From assembly GCA_964621395.1 (NCBI GenBank), contig CAZULS010000001.1, positions 615-64,614 of the forward strand: a stretch of 64,000 nucleotides of DNA. Reading direction: 5' to 3'. The DNA comes from an uncultured Candidatus Saccharibacteria bacterium. GTDB taxonomy: Bacteria > Patescibacteriota > Minisyncoccia > Phycocordibacterales > JACNGX01. Within the stretch, counting starts at the first letter, position 1. Each line of letters begins with the position of its first letter. Below the pieces are notes generated by a model. The model made no database searches, was not told the DNA's origin, and saw only the letters and a program-made list of their open reading frames with translations. Shown here piece after piece: positions 36,432 through 44,027 of this stretch. Position numbers and translations under genes: made by a program.

Positions 36432-37271
36432 ATGAGTGGGACAAACGTAAAAAAAGCAAACAACCCTCACAACTTGCCACTGGATAGTGTTTTGTTAGGT
36501 GACAATGTCGAAGTACTTAAAACGCTTCCTGATAATTCTATTGATCTCGTGGTTACAAGTCCGCCATATGATTCTGTACGTGATTACAAAGGGAAGCCAG
36601 AATTTGATCTGCACGCAACAGGTGAACAAATAGCCCGTGTGCTCAAGGAAGGAGGTGTTGCAGTGATGGTGATTCAAGATCAAACTAAGGACTTTGCAAA
36701 AAGTTTGACCTCATTTCGTACTATTGTTGACTGGGTGGACAATATCGGCTTACGGCTGTTTGAAACAGTAATCTATAGAAAACATGGCACTGAAGGCGCG
36801 TGGTGGAAGTATAGATTTCGCGTTGACCATGAATACATGCCAATTTTCCTCAAAGGAGCACGTCCACAATATTTCGACAAGGAACCACTAAAGATTCCAT
36901 CGAAACATGGTGGGAAGGTAATGACAGGGAGTGGAAACCGAAAAACTGATGGTTCAACAACAAAAACAGTCACGCGTCCTATCAATCCAATGAAGTGCAG
37001 GGGCACAGTATGGGATTATCTAATGGCAGGCGACAAAGACCCGCTCAAACGAAAACATCCAGCCGTTTTCCCAGACCAGATTCCCTTTGACATGATCCAA
37101 TGCTTCTGCCCCCCAGACGGCGTGGTACTAGATCCATTTGGAGGTTGCGGATCTACAGCAGTCGCCGCAAAACAGCTCGGCAGGAACTACATCGTAATAG
37201 ATGTAGCAGAAGAATATTGCAAACTGGCAGAACAAAGAATTTCCACTGTCCCAATACCTTTGTTTAGTTAA
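36432..37271 (+). CDS. DNA methyltransferase (beta-class amino-MTase, N4-cytosine/N6-adenine; DPPY motif)
   Basis: DLVVTSPPYDSVRDYKG catalytic motif and C-terminal FxGxG SAM motif (VLDPFGGCGSTAVAA). Convergent with, and overlapping by 8 nt, the candidate endonuclease gene. Confidence 0.85.
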   Translation: MSGTNVKKANNPHNLPLDSVLLGDNVEVLKTLPDNSIDLVVTSPPYDSVRDYKGKPEFDLHATGEQIARVLKEGGVAVMVIQDQTKDFAKSLTSFRTIVDWVDNIGLRLFETVIYRKHGTEGAWWKYRFRVDHEYMPIFLKGARPQYFDKEPLKIPSKHGGKVMTGSGNRKTDGSTTKTVTRPINPMKCRGTVWDYLMAGDKDPLKRKHPAVFPDQIPFDMIQCFCPPDGVVLDPFGGCGSTAVAAKQLGRNYIVIDVAEEYCKLAEQRISTVPIPLFS

Positions 37272-38316
37272 ATCTGCCTGGCTCCTCAATCGTATACTCA
37301 ATGTTGGTGCCGCTTGTCATTGCCATAGATAGCGGCTCCCTGTCCATCAGAGCAGTATAGGTGCCGTTGTTAAGTGTCGTTGCCGAAAAGTCGCCCTTGG
37401 AGAAGGTCTCGAGTCGGAACCCATCCCATGTCCAATTCTCTCGAACGTAGGGTATTCCAACATGTGTACTCATACTTGAAATGAACCCTTCAATACGCTC
37501 ACGCTCATTTTCATGTAAGTCGTACGTGTGACCACGCTGTACAAGATTGATCGGCAAACCACGCGGGTTAGATAACTTGAGCTGATGTCCAGACCTTTTG
37601 TTACGTCCGCCAGATTGATACTCGGCGCCATTGTAATAACCCTTTGCATTATATGTATCACGTAGTCGTAAAAAGGTATCCAGTCCTTCCATGATTTCAT
37701 AAAAACTGTGCTCGCTGGTACAAAAATGCTGATTCAAAATGTGTGCCGGATTGTCTATTTGCAGGTACTTGATCCAGTCCAAACAATTCTCTGTATAACC
37801 AAACAAATTGTTCCATACGCCATCCGCAAAAAGAAGCGGCCAGATTGCCTGTGGTGACAAGTTTGTGACAATGCCAGCGTGATGGAGAATACCCAGATAT
37901 AGATGAATTGCCCCAAATGGATATTTCCTCTGAAAATCTTTTTTACCATCAAAGCCGCGGAAGATGTTTGGCTGGATGCAATTATCGTAATGATAGTGTT
38001 GGTGAGTGATGCGGTTATTGTAGGTAACTAAGTGATTACCTAAACTTGGCACATTTGCCCTGTTTATTTCGACATCCAAAAATATACAGTCGTTTACCGA
38101 TAAACCATCTTTAATCACCAATACCTTGCCGTCGTAGTATCCCGCAACTTTTGCTCCCAAACAATGAGTGGCGAACAATCCACACAAAAAACCATCACTA
38201 TCAGGACCAAGCACTATATTCCTATCTCGTTCTATGATCCAAGGAAAAATATCAATCACTTTCTGATAGTCAAGAATTTCTCGTCCATCTTGTGTTTGTG
38301 TGTTTACATCAAACAT
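37264..38316 (-). CDS. Putative type II restriction endonuclease (cognate to the MTase; no family assignment)
   Basis: Position between the C-protein gene and the convergent MTase matches the classical PvuII/BamHI-like C-R/M layout. Start taken at MFDVNTQ (38316); the ORF track extends to 38370, overlapping the C gene. Confidence 0.5.
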   Translation of the reverse strand: MFDVNTQTQDGREILDYQKVIDIFPWIIERDRNIVLGPDSDGFLCGLFATHCLGAKVAGYYDGKVLVIKDGLSVNDCIFLDVEINRANVPSLGNHLVTYNNRITHQHYHYDNCIQPNIFRGFDGKKDFQRKYPFGAIHLYLGILHHAGIVTNLSPQAIWPLLFADGVWNNLFGYTENCLDWIKYLQIDNPAHILNQHFCTSEHSFYEIMEGLDTFLRLRDTYNAKGYYNGAEYQSGGRNKRSGHQLKLSNPRGLPINLVQRGHTYDLHENERERIEGFISSMSTHVGIPYVRENWTWDGFRLETFSKGDFSATTLNNGTYTALMDREPLSMAMTSGTNIEYTIEEPGRFN

Positions 38317-38317
38317 A

Positions 38318-38539
38318 CTACCGTGTGAAAAATGAAAGTTCTTTATTATATATCTTTGCAATCTCTTCAAGCTCTACAACATCAACTCTCCGTTCACCTC
38401 GTTCGATCTTTGATATGTAGGATTGAGGTCGTTTGAGTTTCTCTGACACCCCAACCTGAGTAAGTCCAGCTTCAAGACGAGCAGCTTTCAACTGCTCTAC
38501 AACCTTTTTATACTTATTAGAATACAGAGACCTGCTCAT
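38318..38539 (-). CDS. Controller (C) protein, XRE-family HTH, of the R-M system
   Basis: QLKAARLEAGLTQVGVSEKLKRPQSYISKIERGERRVDVVELEEIAKIY, typical of C.PvuII/C.BamHI-type regulators. Located immediately upstream of the endonuclease gene. Confidence 0.75.
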   Translation of the reverse strand: MSRSLYSNKYKKVVEQLKAARLEAGLTQVGVSEKLKRPQSYISKIERGERRVDVVELEEIAKIYNKELSFFTR

Positions 38540-38552
38540 ATAACGAGTTAAT

Positions 38553-38593
38553 GTTATAACCTATTGTGGAATAACCCAAAACAGGTTATGACA
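38553..38593. promoter_or_regulatory. Candidate C-box operator (tgttataacct-N19-aggttatgaca) upstream of the C gene
   Basis: Imperfect inverted repeat 14-55 nt upstream of the C-protein start. C proteins autoregulate via such palindromes. Confidence 0.4.
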
Positions 38594-38602
38594 TTAATCT
38601 CA

Positions 38603-38645
38603 CCACCACACAAAGACGTGCATTGAGCACGTCTTTGTGTGGTGG
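38603..38645. terminator. Perfect 19-bp hairpin (ccaccacacaaagacgtgc-attga-gcacgtctttgtgtggtgg) insulating the R-M islet
   Basis: Seen directly. Lies between the hypothetical gene at 39014 and the C-box region. Confidence 0.5.
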
Positions 38646-38935
38646 ATTATTACTGTTCTCACAATTTGTTCCTAGTTCCTAGGATACTAGGAACATTCCA
38701 TTTTGGGAAGTGCCAAAATGAAACCGAGCAAAGTCTTATCTTTCCCAATCCTCAATCACCAATGTCTTCCCTTTCTTTTTCACGACCACCTTTTGCTTTT
38801 CACGCCAGCCGAGCTCACGGACAAATTCAATCGGGAGTGTGACGGAGATTGTCCTTCCACGCCCTGTACGGAAGAGTTTACGGATATTGCGTTTACTGAG
38901 TATGCGCCGTGCCATATGTTTTAGTATACCACAGC

Positions 38936-38975
38936 CCTGCTCTAGAGCTAACTCTAGAGTTAGCTCTAGAGCAGG
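38936..38975. repeat. 40-nt perfect palindrome cctgctctagagctaa-ctctagag-ttagctctagagcagg
   Basis: Seen directly. It is also its own reverse complement. Lies just upstream of the 39014 gene. Confidence 0.8.
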
Positions 38976-39013
38976 TTCGTTTTTCCCAAAATCTCTGGTA
39001 CAATACCAATGCT

Positions 39014-39655
39014 ATGGCATCCGAACAATATTTGGCGAAATCTTTTGAGGAAGATTTTATACTCAAAACACTCAATGGGAAAGAAAAAGAACATTCCCAA
39101 ACAATTCAAAACATTCTGGAAACTCGCACGATACAGCCCAATACGTACAGCTTCGGACAAGAAAAAAGACTGGCATGCACATTCCTTCACGACAATTATC
39201 TGAAAACCTACCGTGCGCAAGGATTGATTTTTCAGACTCAACAAAAACCTGATTTCATTTATCCATTTGATATTGTCCTTCTTTCCGAAGCTGAAAAAAT
39301 AGTCGTGCAGTATTATAGAATTCAGCACCAACTGCATCTTCACTATAATCACGAATTGATTCCCGGTTTTGAACGATTTATTTTTGATGACATCCCCACT
39401 CTTTTGAAGAAATACCCAACGCAAGAAACACTCCTGGAAGACATTAATCGTTTTCGCATTGAGCATGGATACGGCGTTGTCCCCAAGCAAAAACGTAAGC
39501 TCATAGAGTACAACGAGGTCATCTTTCATGATCCCGTCGAAATCACTCCTATTGCTATCTTTGGATATCGATCAGCCGCACGAAAAATCGCCCGAGAATA
39601 CGGACTCCCTCATTTCACTTCTGCAAAGAAGTTTTATGAGTCTTTGGAGGGGTAG
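39014..39655 (+). CDS. Hypothetical protein (213 aa) in the R-M islet
   Basis: Start trimmed to MASEQYLAKS (ATG 39014), because the ORF-track start at 38909 would read through the 40-nt palindrome. No family motif recognised. Confidence 0.5.
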   Translation: MASEQYLAKSFEEDFILKTLNGKEKEHSQTIQNILETRTIQPNTYSFGQEKRLACTFLHDNYLKTYRAQGLIFQTQQKPDFIYPFDIVLLSEAEKIVVQYYRIQHQLHLHYNHELIPGFERFIFDDIPTLLKKYPTQETLLEDINRFRIEHGYGVVPKQKRKLIEYNEVIFHDPVEITPIAIFGYRSAARKIAREYGLPHFTSAKKFYESLEG

Positions 39656-39659
39656 GGGT

Positions 39660-39917
39660 TCGATTCCTGGCAGGGGCACTGATTCACAAAACACCACTCC
39701 CTTAAGGGAGCGGTGTTTTGCATCACGGCGCAAGCGCCGTAGAATCAGTGCCCCTGCCAGGAATGTCCCACAGTCACTAAGTAAAATACTTCGCCAAGGC
39801 TCGTATTTTACAAAGTGCTGCTGGACGCGGCTCGCGGTCTTCGCAGCAAGCTGCTCAGACATACTCCGCCGTTCGATTCCTGACGCGAGCCAAGCAGTTG
39901 GCTCGCTGCAGGGGCAC
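39660..39917. repeat. Array of partial tRNA-Arg(UCU) 3'-end copies and nested hairpins
   Basis: ggttcgattcctggcaggggcac (39662-39684). gtgcccctgccaggaat (39749-39765). gttcgattcctg-[acgcgagccaagcagttggctcgctg]-caggggcac (39871-39917). Followed by a 21-bp hairpin that closes onto the tRNA gene. Confidence 0.7.
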
Positions 39918-39950
39918 AAATGAAAAAGCCCTTCCGGACTTTTTCATTTG

Positions 39951-40022
39951 TGCCCCTGCCAGGAATCGAACCTGGAATGGGAGATTAGAAGTCTCCAGTT
40001 ATATCCGTTTAACTACAGGGGC
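39951..40022 (-). tRNA. tRNA-Arg (anticodon UCU)
   Basis: Minus-strand GCCCCUGUAGUUAAACGGAUAUAACUGGAGA-CUUCUAA-UCUCC..CAGGUUCGAUUCCUGGCAGGGGCA. Confidence 0.85.
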
Positions 40023-40031
40023 ATATCAAAC

Positions 40032-40352
40032 TTACCATGCCGGGTCTTTCACCTCAAGCCCTTCGGAGAGCAGCTGGGCATACGCTTCTTCTTTCTCCGC
40101 ATATAAACGAATAACATCGTTCATGGATTCAATGTCGAGTGTATATGATTCATACATTGACGCGGTGCGTACTCCCGTCTCCTGCTCCTGAAACACGATC
40201 ATCCGTGCACCTATATTGAAAAGCAATGCGCACACGGAAATACCCACGACGAGCACATACCAATCACGCGCCGGTTTATATGGTCGCTTCAATGTATCGC
40301 GGTGGATAAGCCGCATATACGTCTTTTGCATGTGAGTAAGTGAAAATTTCAT
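40032..40352 (-). CDS. Small single-TM protein, last gene of the pilM-pilN operon region
   Basis: TM WYVLVVGISVCALLFNIGARMIVF. 106 aa. Confidence 0.45.
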   Translation of the reverse strand: MKFSLTHMQKTYMRLIHRDTLKRPYKPARDWYVLVVGISVCALLFNIGARMIVFQEQETGVRTASMYESYTLDIESMNDVIRLYAEKEEAYAQLLSEGLEVKDPAW

Positions 40353-40394
40353 ATTAGAACTAGAAACAGTCTCACTGAAAATGGCTTGTTCTCA

Positions 40395-40934
40395 TTACAG
40401 AGTAACGTTCAAAAGCCGAAACGTATGCGAACCTCTCCATATGTCCTCCTCCCCGTTATACTGAAGGTCAATCTCGTCCACAGTAATATTCCATGGATAC
40501 GTTTCAAGAAGAGCAACGTAGAGGATCGACTGCTCCCATGTACCAACAGTTGTCACGCTAATATCAAGAGAGGAGATCTCTGTGCCGTCTGTTGGCTTCT
40601 CTCGTGTATCAATATCGTGCAGTGTGAGCACAACACCGGCAGACTCCCCCATGTCTTCTATACTATCAATCAATTGCAACATGCCGTCGTCTCCCTCAAC
40701 GATCCGCGAGCGAAGCACATCTCGAATGTCACGAGTCTGCTCAAAGGTATGCTCCACTTTTTTCGCCGCATCATTGTGTTGGGAAAGAGTGTACGACTCT
40801 TCTTCAAGAACCTGAATCTTCGTGAGAGTGTCGTATGTCATGTACGAAAGTGCCCCATACACACCCCACGCACCAAAAGCGGCGAAGAGTGCAATAACTA
40901 TGGTAATGGCAGTATGTGTATTCATACAGAACAA
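40395..40934 (-). CDS. PilO-like pilus assembly protein (tentative)
   Basis: N-terminal TM, then a coiled-coil-like region. Lies immediately downstream of pilN, and the gene order is as in the pilMNO operon. Confidence 0.4.
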   Translation of the reverse strand: MFCMNTHTAITIVIALFAAFGAWGVYGALSYMTYDTLTKIQVLEEESYTLSQHNDAAKKVEHTFEQTRDIRDVLRSRIVEGDDGMLQLIDSIEDMGESAGVVLTLHDIDTREKPTDGTEISSLDISVTTVGTWEQSILYVALLETYPWNITVDEIDLQYNGEEDIWRGSHTFRLLNVTL

Positions 40935-41486
40935 TTACTCCTGAAACGTCAATGAAAAATCAATATCATACTCACTGATAAAACTTCCCACGGGAATATT
41001 AATGCCGGAAAATCCTTCTGCTTCAAGTGCGCGAGCAAATCCGACCAAATCTTCTCTGGTATCGGCAATACCGTGTACATGGATAACTCCTCCTTCTTTT
41101 TCAGCATCATAGGCAATACCGCGCACAGAAACTCCCGTACGGGCATCCGCAATGCGAAGAAAAATACGTTCGTATACCAATGTGTGCGGTTCATAGACAT
41201 GAGAAAGCAACGCTACGGTTGCATTCATCTCATCGAGCTCTTCTTTAATTTCCTCAACATACGCTGCTTCCTCGCCTTCTCTTGCAAGGGTCATCCACTC
41301 CCGAACGATGTCATGTTCCATTGTATACCCCCAATACACAATTCCCGCAACGGCGGCGGAAAAAGCACCAAGGAGTGCGGCAAACACACCGGCGGTTGTC
41401 GTGAGATTCATGCGGTACGACGTACGCAATTCCTTTTTCTTTTGCACGGGTAAAAGATTGATCATACTTATGCCAGCCCCAATCAA
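40935..41486 (-). CDS. pilN: Type IV pilus assembly protein PilN
   Basis: MINLLPVQKKKELRTSY N-terminal PilN signature, followed by a TM. Confidence 0.7.
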   Translation of the reverse strand: MIGAGISMINLLPVQKKKELRTSYRMNLTTTAGVFAALLGAFSAAVAGIVYWGYTMEHDIVREWMTLAREGEEAAYVEEIKEELDEMNATVALLSHVYEPHTLVYERIFLRIADARTGVSVRGIAYDAEKEGGVIHVHGIADTREDLVGFARALEAEGFSGINIPVGSFISEYDIDFSLTFQE

Positions 41487-41626
41487 CCTCCGTACGGTAA
41501 CACATTACGGAATTTCGAGCGAAAAACGAGATGGAGCGCGCGCCATAACGAGTTATGGTAAGCGCGAAGCGAAGTTTTGTAGCCGAAATTCTGTGATGTG
41601 TGTACGGTTGTTGGTTGGGGATGGTA

Positions 41627-42709
41627 TTAACATGTCATGTGTGGCAATGCCAAGCCGATAACTGTGGCGTATCCAAGCGACTTATTGTGCGGAATAGGTG
41701 GAATATACATATCAAGCGAACAGCAGTTGGTCCACGGATTTCCCACACTGATAGGCACCTTGAGTCTGTGGGAAAGGAAAGGAGCCAGTCCGTTCATATT
41801 GGCACCGCCGCCGGAGAGCAAAATATCACTTATGCGCTGCTCGTCTTTGTGCTTTGCGTGATAGGTATGCCAATAGATATACAGCTTGTGTAATTCGTCT
41901 TCCAGGTGCTCAAGCGATGGGAGAAGAGCTTCGTAAAAATCCTTTTGTGCCGGATGGAGCGGTAGCGCATTTTTCATTTCCAGCACTTCTTCAGACGACA
42001 CCGACAATGCGGCTTTCAGAGCACGAGTAAATGTCTCACTCCCCATGTCGATGGTTGAGGTAAAACGCACAAGATTATTGTGAATGATTGACACGCCGGT
42101 ACGCAAACGACCGATATCGACAATCATCACGGCTGCTGAGCGTTTCTCCTCAGGAATAATCGCCCGAGCGATTGCCTGGCTTTCGATTTCAAACGACAAT
42201 GGGACAATACCCACTTCTTCAAGAACGGTTGCGTATCCTTCCACATCTTCGCGAGGCATTGCCGCCACCAACACCCGTATCGTGGATTCCGATGACAGAT
42301 CATCGAGAACGGTGTAATCAAAAATAACGTTCTCGGGCTTGAGCGGCACATATTCCTCAATCTGAAATGTAATACTTTCCCTGATTTCATTTTCCTCAAC
42401 GCGCGGAATATCCATGTGCACAATGTATGCACGCTCTTCCGGAAGCGATACATGTGCATAGGTGCAATGATAGGTACGTTTTACTCCCTGCATAATGGCC
42501 GAGAATTCCAGGGGTCGCTTGATGTGCCCGCTCACAATCACGCCCGGAGGAATGGTCATTTCTCCGTGTCGTTTGACTCTCAATGCGTCTTTTTCGCCAG
42601 ACAATTCAAGCACGCGCACTCTTCTATCGGTAATGTCGAGTCCGACCGATGGAAACGTCAATGCGCGCGGAACAGGCAATGTCTGTGCCAAAGAATCACA
42701 GATACTCAT
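41627..42709 (-). CDS. pilM: Type IV pilus assembly ATPase-like protein PilM
   Basis: Actin-like fold signatures VGLDITDRRVRVLEL...VDIGRLRTGVSII. Start trimmed to MSICDSL. Confidence 0.8.
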   Translation of the reverse strand: MSICDSLAQTLPVPRALTFPSVGLDITDRRVRVLELSGEKDALRVKRHGEMTIPPGVIVSGHIKRPLEFSAIMQGVKRTYHCTYAHVSLPEERAYIVHMDIPRVEENEIRESITFQIEEYVPLKPENVIFDYTVLDDLSSESTIRVLVAAMPREDVEGYATVLEEVGIVPLSFEIESQAIARAIIPEEKRSAAVMIVDIGRLRTGVSIIHNNLVRFTSTIDMGSETFTRALKAALSVSSEEVLEMKNALPLHPAQKDFYEALLPSLEHLEDELHKLYIYWHTYHAKHKDEQRISDILLSGGGANMNGLAPFLSHRLKVPISVGNPWTNCCSLDMYIPPIPHNKSLGYATVIGLALPHMTC

Positions 42710-42759
42710 AATACATGTATTATACCCGAAACACCCGAGCACGAACACGTCTCTGTGCA

Positions 42760-43404
42760 CTACATTGCAATAAGCCAAATCATGAGGCCCACAAAAGCAA
42801 TGCCGAGTGTGATCCATGCAATCATGCGCGGAAGAGACATGCCGGGCAACGCGCCGAGCCTGTCGGTCACATACGCAGCCAAACCAAAACGTACGATGCG
42901 AGAAATAATCGAAGCAATAACAAATATGGGAAATGAAACGGCAAACACACCGGCACCAAGAGTAAACAGCTTATACGGAATCGGGGTAAAGCCCGCCATA
43001 AAGACGGCAATGAATGCATTGTTTTGAAACGCTTCGGCAACAGCCTTAAACGCTTCATGAGCATGATACGTATCAAGAATCCATGTGCCCCAGGTATCAA
43101 AAAAGAATGCGCCGATGATAAATCCAATCATACCGCCAAATACCGAACCGGCTCCTGCAACGACAGCCGGTACCGCCCAATCGAGGAAACGGCGCAATCG
43201 CGAAGTCGCTCGCTCTTGTGCCATTTTCTTCAGTGAGACAATCGGAATGAGAAGCGCTTCCGGCGGTACGGGGAAAAAGACCGCCTCGGCGGCACCAAGG
43301 AGGAAAAGAAAAACGAGAGCGCCGCGCCCTTGGGCGCGGCGCGCAACCCGCTCCTTCAAAGAAAACTTCTTTCCCTCTTGTGTTATTGGTGTTTCAGGTG
43401 TCAT
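42760..43404 (-). CDS. DedA/YqaA-family membrane protein
   Basis: AVFFPVPPEALLIPIV core motif and multiple TMs. Confidence 0.7.
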   Translation of the reverse strand: MTPETPITQEGKKFSLKERVARRAQGRGALVFLFLLGAAEAVFFPVPPEALLIPIVSLKKMAQERATSRLRRFLDWAVPAVVAGAGSVFGGMIGFIIGAFFFDTWGTWILDTYHAHEAFKAVAEAFQNNAFIAVFMAGFTPIPYKLFTLGAGVFAVSFPIFVIASIISRIVRFGLAAYVTDRLGALPGMSLPRMIAWITLGIAFVGLMIWLIAM

Positions 43405-43497
43405 GTCAGAGTATACATAAAGTCTTTATTTGTTCTCTAGATCCCGCATCAAGTGCGGGATGACAAGTGTCTGATTTAGAATGACAATTAACTCTTT

Positions 43498-43630
43498 TGT
43501 CATTCCGGACTCCTGCCGAGCTCGACTTTCACTGATTACATTAAAAAATTGTAAACGATAGAAGAAAGAACAAAAAAATGTTTTGCTGTAAACGACATTA
43601 GTGAAAGTGGGGCTCTGGTGATCCGGAATC
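43498..43630. mobile_element. MITE-like ~130-nt composite element (tgtcattccggactcctgccgagctcgactttcactga...agtgaaagtggggctctggtgatccggaatc)
   Basis: ~30-nt terminal inverted repeats built on the stem-loop family, with a ~70-nt AT-rich core. Full-length paralogues at 51880-52011 and 62147-62277 in the opposite orientation. Overlaps the 3' end of ruvX. Confidence 0.65.
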
Positions 43631-44023
43631 TTCGCTATGTCTTTTCTGCTTATCCAAATACCGCTGCAGAATAAGTGCCGCCGCCGATGCATCGTTTGTC
43701 TCCGTCTTTCCTTGCATCTTTCGCGCCTCCTGCGACGTATCATATTCCCACTCAAAATGCACACTGAGGCCGGTTGCTTCTTCAAGCGCTCGAGCATACG
43801 CTTGAGATTCTTCCCAAATCGGATTCTCTTCTCCCGAACGCATGCGTGACTCTCCCATGACAATCACACTCACGCTATGCTCACGAACAATCTCTTTGAT
43901 TCGCTCCACACTCTCCTCCCTCGCAGAAACAACTTCAAGCGGAAATGCCAATGTACCACTCTCATCTGAAAGCGCGACGCCAAGGCGTTTGGTTCCATAA
44001 TCAATGCCAAGATATGTGCTCAT
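43598..44023 (-). CDS. ruvX: Holliday-junction resolvase-like RuvX/YqgF
   Basis: LGIDYGTKRLGVALSDESGTLAFPL and SV...DASAAALILQ motifs. Start trimmed to MSTYLGIDYG. Confidence 0.85.
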   Translation of the reverse strand: MSTYLGIDYGTKRLGVALSDESGTLAFPLEVVSAREESVERIKEIVREHSVSVIVMGESRMRSGEENPIWEESQAYARALEEATGLSVHFEWEYDTSQEARKMQGKTETNDASAAALILQRYLDKQKRHSEDSGSPEPHFH

Positions 44024-44027
44024 ATTT

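Noticed and set aside
39528-39923. ORFs 39528-39923(+) and 39572-39919(-)
   Set aside because: They lie across tRNA-Arg-derived fragments and nested hairpins. Their translations are Arg/Ser/Pro-rich without motifs.
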